Assembly: GCA_046757765.1 (NCBI GenBank)
Contig: JBHHYX010000001.1
Location: 1 to 54,670 of the forward strand
Direction: 5' to 3'
DNA: 54,670 bases
Origin: Acidobacteriota bacterium
Lineage (GTDB): Bacteria > Acidobacteriota > UBA6911 > RPQK01 > JBHHYX01
The translations under genes were made by a program, and so were the position numbers. Positions 37,004 through 46,169 of the stretch are shown here, in pieces; within the stretch, counting starts at the first letter, position 1, and every line of letters begins with the position of its first letter. Below the pieces are notes generated by a model that saw only the letters and a program-made list of their open reading frames with translations, made no database searches and was not told where the DNA came from.

Positions 37004-37384
37004 TCATCCCTCCATCCCAGGTTGACCGACGTCGAGTAGCCGCTCCCCGGAGACCCTTTCCGCCTCTCCGATCCGCCTCAGCAGATTCTTGGGGCTGGTT
37101 CGGGGTCGATGGAAAGCAACTCCTTCGGAGGTTGCATTCTCGACCAGACGCTGCTGCATCCCCGGGCCGAATCGACCTTTGGACACCGCCGCGTCTCTTT
37201 CGGGAAGGGGCGGGAAGGTCGTTGCGATCTCCTCCACCACCCGGAGGACTTTGAGGTTGAGTCGAAGAACGTGTTCTTCCTCTTCCACCTCTTCGAGCCT
37301 CTTGAGAAGCCGCTGCTTGATGGACTGGTTTCGAGAGAGTCGACTTTTGATTGCGTTGCCGATTTGGTCGGTGTTGAGGTTCAT
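37004..37384 (-). CDS. Small coiled-coil protein, paralog 3 of 3 (longer C-terminal tail)
   Basis: MNLNTDQIGNAIKSRLSRNQSIKQRLLKRLEEVEEEEHVLRLNLKVLRVVEEIATTF... The SD GAGGAG lies upstream of the ATG. The gene starts 86 nt downstream of the wza-like gene. Confidence 0.65.
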   Translation of the reverse strand: MNLNTDQIGNAIKSRLSRNQSIKQRLLKRLEEVEEEEHVLRLNLKVLRVVEEIATTFPPLPERDAAVSKGRFGPGMQQRLVENATSEGVAFHRPRTSPKNLLRRIGEAERVSGERLLDVGQPGMEG

Positions 37385-37469
37385 TTTCTCCTCATTGACC
37401 TCGGGTTCCCATCCAAATCTGTTAACCTATGTTTTTCCAACGACTTGATCTTTCTGGGATGGGAACGAT

Positions 37470-38453
37470 CTAGGGTACGACAATGGCTCGAGAAAGCGTG
37501 CGTGGCAGCGCTCCCAACATCGCGTACAGGATGTCTTTGGAAGTGCTGCCGGGAACAAAGATGACGTCATCCGAACGCATCGCGAAATCGGGTTTCTTAC
37601 CGCCCAAAATAGCCTTGATATTGAGCCTAAGTCTTTCGCGCCGATCGCCGTCGCCATAGCGAAGCAAGACGCTTTTTGAGGTCTTTGCGGTTTTCGTAGG
37701 GCCGCCTGCCTGTGCCAGCGCCTGGGTCAGCAATGTTTCTCGCCCTCGCGAGAGCTCATAGGCTCCCGGACGATTCACGTCACCGATCACATAGAACAAC
37801 TTCGCCTCTCGGGGCGGGATCCGAATGACGTCCCCTTTTCGGATGAGGAGGTTGACGGAAGGGTTCCCATTCTCCAGCAATTCCTTTAGACTCACTCGAA
37901 GCCGCTCAGGCTGTGGAGAGGATTGACCCGAACCCGAGGTCCCCGCGACCTTCCTTTGAACGGTGACGTCTTCGGCCGCCCGATCCTCTCGGATTCCACC
38001 CGCCATAGCGATGACATCAACCAACCGCAGTGGCCGCGTCATCTGGTATTGGCCCGGTTGATTGACCATTCCCAGAATGAAGACCGGGTGAGAGCGATAC
38101 TCCCGGATCAATACCGACACCTGAGCGTTGCGGATCAGTTCCTTCCGCTCCAGCGCGGCCCCCACGTTCACTGCGAGCTCAGCTGCCGTGAGCCCGGCAA
38201 CCGCTATCGTTCCCAATAGAGGCACCGCGATTGAACCCGAGCCGCTGACGCGAAGGAGATGATGGAAATCCTCGACTCCGAAGACTAACAACTCGAGCAG
38301 ATCCCCGCTCCCAATCCGATATTCGGAATCTTCTTCGGAGGGCAGGCTCAGCTCGTTGAGACGCTGATTCCAGTTTGGATGCTGGGCGTGGAGCAGGCAT
38401 GCCCAGAGGCTGACAACCAGGATCGGGAAGTAGCGCCTCTCCTTCCTGCTCAT
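37470..38453 (-). CDS. Polysaccharide export protein (Wza/OPX family: Poly_export + SLBB domains)
   Basis: Signal-like N-terminus. The motif YRIGSGDLLELLVFGVEDF...VSGSGSIAVPLLGTIAVAGLTAAEL is typical of the Poly_export domain. Later SLBB-like segments follow (GDVIRIPP, VIGDVNRPGAYEL). Confidence 0.85.
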   Translation of the reverse strand: MSRKERRYFPILVVSLWACLLHAQHPNWNQRLNELSLPSEEDSEYRIGSGDLLELLVFGVEDFHHLLRVSGSGSIAVPLLGTIAVAGLTAAELAVNVGAALERKELIRNAQVSVLIREYRSHPVFILGMVNQPGQYQMTRPLRLVDVIAMAGGIREDRAAEDVTVQRKVAGTSGSGQSSPQPERLRVSLKELLENGNPSVNLLIRKGDVIRIPPREAKLFYVIGDVNRPGAYELSRGRETLLTQALAQAGGPTKTAKTSKSVLLRYGDGDRRERLRLNIKAILGGKKPDFAMRSDDVIFVPGSTSKDILYAMLGALPRTLSRAIVVP

Positions 38454-38672
38454 GACTTTTCCCCCCTCTCCCGGCGGCTCGACAAAGCACTTGGACCGTC
38501 AGGCCCGCGAAGTCGTAAGCCCCGGTCGGACACAGCTTCGCCGCCTCAGTCACAAGAAGTCACGGGTTGCCGTTTCACCCATTTGGGCTGCACCCGGGTC
38601 TTCCGGCTACCCATTCTCAGCGGCGACCGAATCATCCTCTTCCACGCCACAACTCGGCGTGACAAAGTCGGG

Positions 38673-38969
38673 TCACTCCAACTCCGGGCGGCCCGGCTCG
38701 AGCAGGTCTCTGATGGTTTCAAGTTCAGCTCGATTAACCTGGTAATGGCTGCGCAAATCCCAACCCTTGCTCTCTACCACGAAACCGTCCGAAACCAGGA
38801 TGCTCAGAGCCCGCTTGACCCGGGCGACTTCCACACCGATATTGCACTCAGGCAGCCACCACTCAACGATCCCTTCCAGTGTGTCCTGGGCATCTGGATT
38901 CTGGGCCAAATAAGCCAGGACCTTGAGAGCTACGCGCGGTTCATCAGTTGTAGGGAAGGCAGCTGTCAT
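38673..38969 (-). CDS. Small (98-aa) winged-helix-like protein, first gene behind the sigma54 promoter
   Basis: Clean 98-aa ORF. The segment VARVKRALSILVSDGFVVESKG looks like a wHTH recognition helix plus wing. The ATG lies only ~13 nt downstream of the -12 element. Confidence 0.55.
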   Translation of the reverse strand: MTAAFPTTDEPRVALKVLAYLAQNPDAQDTLEGIVEWWLPECNIGVEVARVKRALSILVSDGFVVESKGWDLRSHYQVNRAELETIRDLLEPGRPELE

Positions 38970-38982
38970 AGGTTAGCCTTCG

Positions 38983-38998
38983 GCAAGAACTGTGCCAA
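38983..38998 (-). promoter_or_regulatory. sigma54 (RpoN) -24/-12 promoter
   Basis: The minus strand reads TTGGCACAGTTCTTGCC. This is an exact match to TGGCAC-N5-TTGC with GG-N10-GC spacing. It lies next to a sigma54 enhancer-binding protein gene. Confidence 0.8.
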
Positions 38999-39364
38999 CC
39001 GGAAACCGGTCTGTTTCGGGAAAGCGAGGCTGGCACATCGGTCCTTCTTCTTGGAAATTGCAACCGCTCACCAAGGAAGCAGCCCCCAGAAAAATCGGGC
39101 CGGATGAGGAGGCGATTCCGGGCAGAGAAGCACTCCGATGCTCCTACATGAAGAGCCAGAAGACGAACGTCGACAAGGCGTTACGCCCCACATCCACGGC
39201 AGTCGGCGAGCCGCAATGCGTCGACCAGCCTGAGACCGGGAAATCCGGTCGGTACTGCGCCTGATCCCGGTTCCGGCGGACTGGTTGTGGGAAACTCGGG
39301 TGGGGACGGCGGCGACCCGGCTAGGACAATTTTGTCTCACGGCCGAGGGGTGATTGTCCGGGTC

Positions 39365-40753
39365 TTACTGAGGGGAGGACCGGAAGACTTGCGGATCGAT
39401 CTGGTGCTTCCGGATGAGCTCCCAGAAAGCGCGCCTGTTCTTCCGGGCCGCATCTGCCGCTCGGGTGATGTTCCCTCGGTGGGCCGACAGCAGAGCGTGT
39501 ATGTATTGTCTCTCGAATTGGGCCACGACTTTCGCCTTCGCCGCCTGAAAAGAATCCGTTTTCTGATCGCTGTCGAGAGGGTGGGAAAAGATCATGTCGC
39601 CCGCCCGCAGCACCAGTTTATCGGACAGTACGAGGGCGCGTTCGATGACATGTTCCAGCTCCCTCACGTTGCCAGGCCAGCGGTGAAGCATCAGCTTTTG
39701 CAGGGCCCCGGCCGAAAGATCCGTGGGGGACCTGGAAAACTCTCCCGTGTACTTCTTGAGGAAGTGACGAGCCAATCGGGGAATGTCCTCAATTCGCTTG
39801 CGGAGAGGAGGAAGGACAAAAGGAATGACGTTGAGCCGATAGTAGAGATCTTGGCGCAGCGTACCTTGTTCGACCTTTTGTTCCAGACAACTATTACTGG
39901 CGGCAACGACCCGCACGTCGGACTTCCTCAGCCGCGTGGAACCCAAGAGCCGGTACTCCTTGTCTTGCAGAAAACGCAGCAACTTGGCCTGGACAAGGAG
40001 TGGGGTCGCGTCGATTTCGTCGAGGAAGAGCGTACCGCCGTCGGCGGCGCCAATCAGACCGGGCCGCGCGGACTCGGCTCCGGTAAAAGCCCCTCTTTCG
40101 TGGCCGAATAATTCATTTTCGGCAAGTTCGGCAGGGATTGCGCTGCAGTTAACCGGAACAAACGGCTTTTTTGATCTGGGACTCAGGTAATGAATTGCCC
40201 GGGCAAACAATTCTTTCCCTGTGCCGGTCTCACCTGTAATGAGGACACCGACGTCACATTTGGCCACGATGGGGATCTTTTTCAGCTCCGAAACAAAAAC
40301 AGGACTGCTCCCCACCAGCCGTTGGAGACCCAGCTTCTTCTTCAGACCTTGAACCAGGGTTTCGTCTTCGCTCCTTGGGCGCAGGAGTCTCCACAGCCGA
40401 GGAAGTACGTTCGCTTCATTCAACGGTGGGAGAATGAAATCGGCCGCCCCAAGCTTAAGTAACTCCAGCAGATACGTCGCGCCTCCGTTCTCTGCCGCCA
40501 CCAGTATGGGCAGGGTCGGTGTCGCCGCTAGAAAGAATTGAAGCAGCTCGGCAACCTTGTCTCTCGAACCACTGTCCGGAATCAAAAAGATTGCGTCTGG
40601 AATTGCTCTTCCGAGAACATCCCCGGCAGTGACCTCGCTACTGAGTTGTGCCGCCGACCCCTCAACCGTCTCAACGGCGAGACCGCGAGTGGACTCCAGC
40701 AGCCCGCGCAGGGTGTCGGTCAAAGTGCCTGACGTGCTGAGATTCAGCAACAT
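39365..40753 (-). CDS. sigma54-dependent transcriptional activator (NtrC family) with a degenerate receiver-like N-terminal domain
   Basis: The ORF runs to 40945 and is trimmed to the ATG at 40753. AAA+ Walker A is GETGTGKELFARAIH. The GAFTGA loop is HERGAFTGA. The C-terminal Fis-type HTH is GNITRAADAARKNRRAFWELIRKH. The N-terminal ~120 aa are REC-like, but they lack the N-terminal acidic pair and the conserved Lys (GAADFILPP). Confidence 0.88.
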   Translation of the reverse strand: MLLNLSTSGTLTDTLRGLLESTRGLAVETVEGSAAQLSSEVTAGDVLGRAIPDAIFLIPDSGSRDKVAELLQFFLAATPTLPILVAAENGGATYLLELLKLGAADFILPPLNEANVLPRLWRLLRPRSEDETLVQGLKKKLGLQRLVGSSPVFVSELKKIPIVAKCDVGVLITGETGTGKELFARAIHYLSPRSKKPFVPVNCSAIPAELAENELFGHERGAFTGAESARPGLIGAADGGTLFLDEIDATPLLVQAKLLRFLQDKEYRLLGSTRLRKSDVRVVAASNSCLEQKVEQGTLRQDLYYRLNVIPFVLPPLRKRIEDIPRLARHFLKKYTGEFSRSPTDLSAGALQKLMLHRWPGNVRELEHVIERALVLSDKLVLRAGDMIFSHPLDSDQKTDSFQAAKAKVVAQFERQYIHALLSAHRGNITRAADAARKNRRAFWELIRKHQIDPQVFRSSPQ

Positions 40754-41224
40754 CACTCTGGCCTTTTTCAACTCCGAACCCTTTCTCGCCGCCCAGAACC
40801 TGGACTTGGACAAACTCCCCCGGGGCCGCCCGGTAAGAGACGAGCGGCACCCCCCCCTTTCCTCCAGAACTGGTCTGAACAAGCTGGAGCCTTGGACTCT
40901 GCGGTGAGAGCAGCGACACCTCACCTCCATACCCCTGCCCGTCAACGACGACAGTTGCTTCGAAAAGACACCGATTTTAGGACGAACGAATGATTAGCGG
41001 TTGACATGCTACACGAAGGAGTGGCGAAAAGAAAGCGTTTTCTTGCGCCGACGTGCAAGGGACCGGCACCCATCCCCTTGGAAAGAACACTTCACTTGAG
41101 TTTGACGAAACCCAGTCAACCCGGTAAGCCCCACGCGCCGAGCCCGTCAAGGGAGGCGGCGCCTGCCGCGGAATCTCACTCGGCATTTACTTTTGGCACA
41201 GCAACCTGGAGAATAAGATTTTGT

Positions 41225-41806
41225 ATGAAAAAGAAGGAGCAACTGAAGAAGCTCGACCAGATCGCGCGTGAGATTATCCAGGACTGGTATGAACGAGTGA
41301 AACCGAACTATGTCACCGAAGAGGAGAGTCGGCAACTGGGTGTTGAGCCGGAACTGAAGTATTTTCCCGCCCAGGGCAGGCACCGAATCAAATTCGCTCG
41401 CAAGAAAGAATTGGACGTCACTTATGGGCTCGGGGCCCTGGAGAACGACAATCGACTGTGCGTTGAGTCGAGTGTGAACAATAAGTCCGACGGTTTCGAC
41501 TATAACTGTTTTGTGGAGGGATTGGAGGCTCACTATCTGCGCAGCCGGAACGAAAAGCCTTGGACGCAAACGGATTTCGACCGTTTCACCTACGGAGATC
41601 TCTTGCTTTTTGAACCTCGCATGGGCGCATCGGTGGAACTGGAAGCCCACAAGGGCGCGGCCGACATCATCCGTCTCCACTTCACGATAAATCCCCGCCA
41701 TGAAGAGCTACTCATGTCTCATCCCGACATTCTTCGGGACCTGATCGAGAATTACTGTATCCATCCACTGAACCGAATTTTCGCCGGAGCCTATCGGGAA
41801 AAGTAG
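41225..41806 (+). CDS. Hypothetical protein (193 aa), the only convincing plus-strand gene in the right half
   Basis: ORF 41006..41806 trimmed to the ATG at 41225 (MKKKEQLKKLDQIAREIIQDWYERV...). Its codon usage is visibly more A/T-rich than that of its neighbours. I recognised no motif. Confidence 0.55.
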   Translation: MKKKEQLKKLDQIAREIIQDWYERVKPNYVTEEESRQLGVEPELKYFPAQGRHRIKFARKKELDVTYGLGALENDNRLCVESSVNNKSDGFDYNCFVEGLEAHYLRSRNEKPWTQTDFDRFTYGDLLLFEPRMGASVELEAHKGAADIIRLHFTINPRHEELLMSHPDILRDLIENYCIHPLNRIFAGAYREK

Positions 41807-41835
41807 GTCCAGCACCGCCTGATCCGCCCCCGGGA

Positions 41836-42609
41836 TCAACTCAGATCAGCCAGCACCGGAGCGTGGTCGGATGCCGTGAGACCCGCCTTCTTCTTCCGAT
41901 AATCTCGATCGATTTCAACGTGGTGGATTCTCGCCATGAGGGAGCGGGTGGCGAGCAGGAAATCGATCCGCAGGCCCTGATTCTTGTGGAAAGCCCCGCC
42001 GCGGTAATCCCACCATGAGAAAGACCGCCCCTGCGGAAACGTCGCTCGGTAGACGTCGACAAGGCCCCAGTCCAGGAGTTTCTGGAATCGAGACCGCTCC
42101 TGGACAGTGTGAAAGATCCTACCGCCAAGCTCTTTTTCGTTCCACGTGTCCAGGAGGGACGGACAGATGTTGAAATCGCCGCACAAAACCATCGGTTCAT
42201 TGGGGCTGCGGCGCTCTTGCAGGTAACTGGACAGTGAGTCGAACCAACTCAACTTGCACGGAAAGTCGGGATGGCCAACCTGTTTGCCATTAGGGCAGTA
42301 AACCGTGGTGAAAGAGATACCGGCGACCTGCCCGGTGATCAGACGAGCCCCCTCTTGCTCCTGCCCGGGTAGACCCTTCTGTCGGATTTCCGCCGGCCGT
42401 CGACTCAGAATGGCAACACCGTTCCAGGCCTTCTGGCCGTGGACAATAGATTGGTAACCCGCCAACTCCAACTCCCTGTAAGGAAAACTGTCTTCCTCCA
42501 CTTTGAGCTCCTGCAGTCCCACCACGTCGGGCTGACGGTCCCGCAGCCAGTGGATCAGGAAGTCCAAGCGCGCCCGAAGTCCATTGATGTTCCATGTGGC
42601 GATACGCAT
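41836..42609 (-). CDS. xthA: Exodeoxyribonuclease III (AP endonuclease, EEP fold)
   Basis: The ORF runs to 42786 and is trimmed to the ATG at 42609. Motifs read: MRIATWNINGLRAR, VVGLQELK, CGDFN and the C-terminal SDHAPVLADL. Confidence 0.92.
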   Translation of the reverse strand: MRIATWNINGLRARLDFLIHWLRDRQPDVVGLQELKVEEDSFPYRELELAGYQSIVHGQKAWNGVAILSRRPAEIRQKGLPGQEQEGARLITGQVAGISFTTVYCPNGKQVGHPDFPCKLSWFDSLSSYLQERRSPNEPMVLCGDFNICPSLLDTWNEKELGGRIFHTVQERSRFQKLLDWGLVDVYRATFPQGRSFSWWDYRGGAFHKNQGLRIDFLLATRSLMARIHHVEIDRDYRKKKAGLTASDHAPVLADLS

Positions 42610-42629
42610 TCTCTTGGTTCCTGCCTGAC

Positions 42630-42661
42630 TTGGCCTCAGGGCGCCGCCGCCCTGAGGCCAA
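42630..42661. other. Perfect 14-bp GC-rich stem-loop between two co-oriented genes
   Basis: TTGGCCTCAGGGCG-CCGC-CGCCCTGAGGCCAA, read directly. On the minus strand it ends 20 nt upstream of the xthA ATG, and no U-tract follows it. Confidence 0.8.
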
Positions 42662-42695
42662 GTGAGACGGCGGGCTGGTGCCCTCGAAGATTCCC

Positions 42696-43313
42696 CTACT
42701 CGGACTGTCGCTTCTCTACTCTGGCCTTGTAAACGAGGTAGCCACCGATCCCAATCAGGACCACGGGCCACCAGTCCTCCAACCACTCCAGGGGGATCTG
42801 CAAGAGATTGTGTCCCAGGAAGAGGAGGCCGAGAAGAAGGAGCACGACGCCGCCCAGAAGGGCGCCCTGGCTGCTGGGCATCTCCATCTCCTCGGGCAAG
42901 TGCAACGGATCCAAGCCGACCAGCGCCTGATTGTAAAAGGCGGCGCGTCGACCGGCGTCCACCAGGTTGTAGAGCCAGTAGAAGGCCATGAAGAGCGCCA
43001 GCAGTGGCGTCAGGGCGCCGGCCTCTGCGCTCAACAGGGTGATCAGTGAAGCCACCACAAGAATGTTAATGAAGCCCTGTCGGTAGTAGCCGACATAGAT
43101 TTGGCCCAGCCCCGGCATGAGTGAGAGCACGGTTGCCAGGACGGGAGATTTACGCCGAGGATCCACCACGGGGTTCCCCTGTGCAAAAGGGGGGGGAGGT
43201 GTGTAGGCGGGGGCCCTCTCCGCGCCCTTGGATCCACCGATTGGTGGCTCTGCTTCCACACTTCTGCTTCGTTCTTCCAGATTGTTCATCACTCTCTCCA
43301 GCAATTCTGTCAT
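42696..43313 (-). CDS. Membrane protein (TM2-like PGLGQIYVG motif plus a C-terminal LiaF/DUF5668-like TM pair)
   Basis: 205 aa with four hydrophobic segments. Motifs: LMPGLGQIYVGYY and WWPVVLIGIGGYLVY. Confidence 0.6.
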   Translation of the reverse strand: MTELLERVMNNLEERSRSVEAEPPIGGSKGAERAPAYTPPPPFAQGNPVVDPRRKSPVLATVLSLMPGLGQIYVGYYRQGFINILVVASLITLLSAEAGALTPLLALFMAFYWLYNLVDAGRRAAFYNQALVGLDPLHLPEEMEMPSSQGALLGGVVLLLLGLLFLGHNLLQIPLEWLEDWWPVVLIGIGGYLVYKARVEKRQSE

Positions 43314-43488
43314 GCGCTCGCCGGTTCTCTTCCACCTGAAGAGAAAGTCTCACCGGCAGCCTCCGAACTTCGAAAGCTTTCAGAGAGTAAACGCATCCCC
43401 CGAGACAGAGGTTCGGTGAGAGCCGTAAATCAAACAGAATCGATACAGAGATGGGGGGGCTCCTTTCCCGTTTTGTCTGCAATCGCCA

Positions 43489-43992
43489 TCAAGCCTCAGG
43501 GGACTCGATCTGCCTGAGGGATTCTTCAATGATGACTTGGTTTGCTTCACGAGTCAGGTTTTTTCGGATCAGCTTCGAAGCCACTAACAACGACAGGTTC
43601 ACAACCTCACTCTTGATTTCGGCAATTGCCTTGTTTTTCTCGATGTGAATCTGCTCTTCGGCCTCTGCCAGAATGGCGTTTGCCTGCTGCTTGGTCTTGA
43701 TAAGTGTCTCTTGCCGCGCCTTCTCCCCAACGGTCTTTGCCCTGGCGACAATTGACTCCGCCTCACGCTGGGCCTTGGCGATCACTTTTTTCGATTCCTC
43801 CTGAAGCTGCTCCATTTCTCTCTGCACCCTGTCGGCTTCGTCCAGCGAGTCGCGAATCATCTCCTCACGCTTTCTCAACGCGGCCAGGAGCGGCTTCCAG
43901 GCAAACTTCGCCAGCAGCGTGAGCAGAACCAGGAACGTGATGAGCGTCCAGATGTACAATCCAGGGTCCGGCTGTACCAGAGGATTATTCAT
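43489..43992 (-). CDS. atpF: F0F1 ATP synthase subunit b
   Basis: 167 aa with a single N-terminal TM segment, then a long charged helix (KPLLAALRKREEMIRDSLDEA...). It lies directly downstream of the c-subunit gene. Confidence 0.9.
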   Translation of the reverse strand: MNNPLVQPDPGLYIWTLITFLVLLTLLAKFAWKPLLAALRKREEMIRDSLDEADRVQREMEQLQEESKKVIAKAQREAESIVARAKTVGEKARQETLIKTKQQANAILAEAEEQIHIEKNKAIAEIKSEVVNLSLLVASKLIRKNLTREANQVIIEESLRQIESPEA

Positions 43993-44053
43993 AGCCTACT
44001 CCGTTCAAATAGCTGCGCTCTGGAATCCAGGCAAGCTCGATCTATTGACTCCC

Positions 44054-44278
44054 TTATTTCAACAAGATAATCAAGAGAACCAGCACTTCAGCAATGATCG
44101 CCACGCCTTCGAGCAGGAAAAGCGGCAGGTTGATAGCCGCAGTGATCTTATCGGCTGCCGCCGGCTGGCGCGCGATCGCTTCGGCGGCGGCGGCGGCAAA
44201 GCGGCCGATGCCGAGGCCGGCGCCGATAACAATCACACCCAGTCCAATGCCTGCTCCAAAGTAGTGTAGAACTTCCAT
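44054..44278 (-). CDS. atpE: F0F1 ATP synthase subunit c
   Basis: 74-aa helical hairpin with a Gly-rich helix 1 (GAGIGLGVIVIGAGLGIG), the polar loop ARQP and the carboxylate in LFLLEGVAI. Confidence 0.93.
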   Translation of the reverse strand: MEVLHYFGAGIGLGVIVIGAGLGIGRFAAAAAEAIARQPAAADKITAAINLPLFLLEGVAIIAEVLVLLIILLK

Positions 44279-44301
44279 TCGAGTTACCTCCGTTTTCTTC
44301 T

Positions 44302-45243
44302 CTAGTGATGCACATTGATCGCCATGCCGATAAAGACAGCAGATAGAATAGTGAAGACGTACGCCTGCACGATCACCACCACAATCTCAAGCGCCGAGAT
44401 CCCGACAGCCAGGGGTACAGAAAGCAGGACACCGACCCCCAGACCTGCCAAAACGCTGTGGAATAGATCCGTGAAAATAAAAACAAACGAGAGACAGGCC
44501 ATAATGGCGACATGCCCTGCCGTCATGTTGGCTGCAAGTCGCATGGTCAAGGCGAAGGGCTTGACAAACATCGCCATCACTTCAATGGGGATCAAAATGA
44601 TGTAGACCGGCCAGGGGAGTCCGGAAGGCGCCAGATTTTTCCAGTGCTGGATAAAACCATGGGCCTTGGTTCCAGCCAGAATGATGGCGAAGAAGGTGAT
44701 CGTGGCCAGGGCGGCGGTCACATTGTAATTCCCCGTTGCCGTCGTCCCCCCGTGCAGGATCCGGTTGATGAAGGATTCCTGACCCGTCCGCAGGATGAAC
44801 CTGTCGATCGCCCCCAAAAGGTCAAAGAACGGGATCAGCCCGATCCCGTTGGCTGTGACAATGAAAAGGAAAAGCGTCAGCACCAGCGGCGTCCAGGAGT
44901 CCAAAAACTTGCTTCCCACATTGGGCAGGACCACGCTGTCCCGAATGAACTGAACCACGATTTCCAGAGCGTTCATGAAACCGCTGGGGATCAGGCGCTC
45001 CTGTTTGAGATAGCGCCTCACGCTCCAGGTGATGACGGTGAAAACGAGCACCGCCACGATCCACAGCATCAATACATGCTTGGTGACGGACAGGTCGACG
45101 CCCAGGACGGTTGGCAATTTCAAGATCGGATGTTCAACCGAGGTATTGGCAACATGATGAATAATCGTTTCACCCGCGTTGAATCCCTCCGACTGAGCCA
45201 CTTCCTCAATGAGCTTCATAGCCATAGCTGGATCCCATCTCAC
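44302..45243 (-). CDS. atpB: F0F1 ATP synthase subunit a
   Basis: Polytopic protein. The conserved Arg region is ALTMRLAANMTAGH. The GTG at 45243 overlaps the atpI stop as GTGA. ATG alternatives are at 45225 and 45219. Confidence 0.92.
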   Translation of the reverse strand: MRWDPAMAMKLIEEVAQSEGFNAGETIIHHVANTSVEHPILKLPTVLGVDLSVTKHVLMLWIVAVLVFTVITWSVRRYLKQERLIPSGFMNALEIVVQFIRDSVVLPNVGSKFLDSWTPLVLTLFLFIVTANGIGLIPFFDLLGAIDRFILRTGQESFINRILHGGTTATGNYNVTAALATITFFAIILAGTKAHGFIQHWKNLAPSGLPWPVYIILIPIEVMAMFVKPFALTMRLAANMTAGHVAIMACLSFVFIFTDLFHSVLAGLGVGVLLSVPLAVGISALEIVVVIVQAYVFTILSAVFIGMAINVHH

Positions 45244-45605
45244 TCAGTTTGAAACAGCCATCGAAAGTGCAACGCCTCGGTCAAATGAAGCACCACAAAG
45301 TAGCTCACTAAGCTGATCGCGAAGACTTCCACCCGTGGATCAAGAAGGGCAACAATCAAAGTCACATAAAGACCGTAGAAGACAAGTTTCAACCAGAAGG
45401 CCTTGACCATGAAAGCAGTCACCAGCCGGGGCTCAATCCGGTGCAGCCTCCGCACCTGCCAGAGGGTGAGCACTCCAGTCAACCAAGGCGCCACCATGCC
45501 CAGGAAAACCTCGACAGCGATGTCCGGCCTGAACAGGCCACACAAGATGGCCCAGGAACCAAAACTAAGCAGGCTGATGGAAGCCAGGACATTCATTTCT
45601 TCCAA
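45240..45605 (-). CDS. atpI: ATP synthase protein I-like membrane protein
   Basis: 121 aa with four hydrophobic segments, positioned immediately upstream of atpB. Confidence 0.7.
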   Translation of the reverse strand: MEEMNVLASISLLSFGSWAILCGLFRPDIAVEVFLGMVAPWLTGVLTLWQVRRLHRIEPRLVTAFMVKAFWLKLVFYGLYVTLIVALLDPRVEVFAISLVSYFVVLHLTEALHFRWLFQTE

Positions 45606-45835
45606 ACCGCTCTGGCCAGTTCATAGAATCCGATGACCAATCCTACCAGCAAGCCGGTTAACAAAAACCAGGGGGATCTGTCCAACCACCGGTCCAGGAA
45701 GTAACCCGCGGCACCAAACACCAGAAGTGCCCCGAGGAGAGTGGAAGAGGCTCCCGCCGCCGGGCCCGCTTTCTGAAGATTCTTCTGAAAGAATTCTAAG
45801 GATTTCGCCAAAAAGTCGCTCTTCTCATCCGGCAT
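45593..45835 (-). CDS. AtpZ/AtpI-family small membrane protein (first gene of the F0 operon)
   Basis: The ORF runs to 45892 and is trimmed to the ATG at 45835 (MPDEKSDF...). It has two TM segments (LLGALLVFGAAGYFLD and FLLTGLLVGLVIGFY). Confidence 0.65.
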   Translation of the reverse strand: MPDEKSDFLAKSLEFFQKNLQKAGPAAGASSTLLGALLVFGAAGYFLDRWLDRSPWFLLTGLLVGLVIGFYELARAVWKK

Positions 45836-46169
45836 GGAGTGACCCGCCAGAACTCGATCGTCCGGAAAGACCGGGCAGAATCGAGGCCCCAAACTTGGAT
45901 TGAGGAAGAGCCGCTTTACCGTTCACACCTGCAAACAAACCATCAACACGAGTGGATCAAGCGAACCTGACCCGGATTTCTCACAAACGGGCTATTGCGG
46001 AGCCGAATGCATCCGTCCTGACTGAAGGAGACACCCCACTCTCTTCGCCTCAGAGCCCAAAAAGAAGCATGGATGATAGCAGAAACGACCTTCGACATCA
46101 ACAGGGGTCAGCAGGTCGAGCCGGGCCGGAAGCGTTGCGCCTCAGAGGTTCCGACCAGCAGCCGGAAAA

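Noticed and set aside
5425-38969. PEP-CTERM/exosortase system, suggested by the sigma54 activator plus the EPS locus.
   Set aside because: I recognised no exosortase-like protein. The only unassigned polytopic protein, 30437..31288, lacks the motifs I associate with exosortases. No ORF ends in a PEP-TM-basic tail.
41195-41210. TGGCACAGCAACCTGG upstream of the plus-strand orphan gene, considered as a sigma54 promoter.
   Set aside because: The -24 TGGCAC is present. However, there is no GC dinucleotide at the required GG-N10-GC spacing, and the -12 position reads TG.
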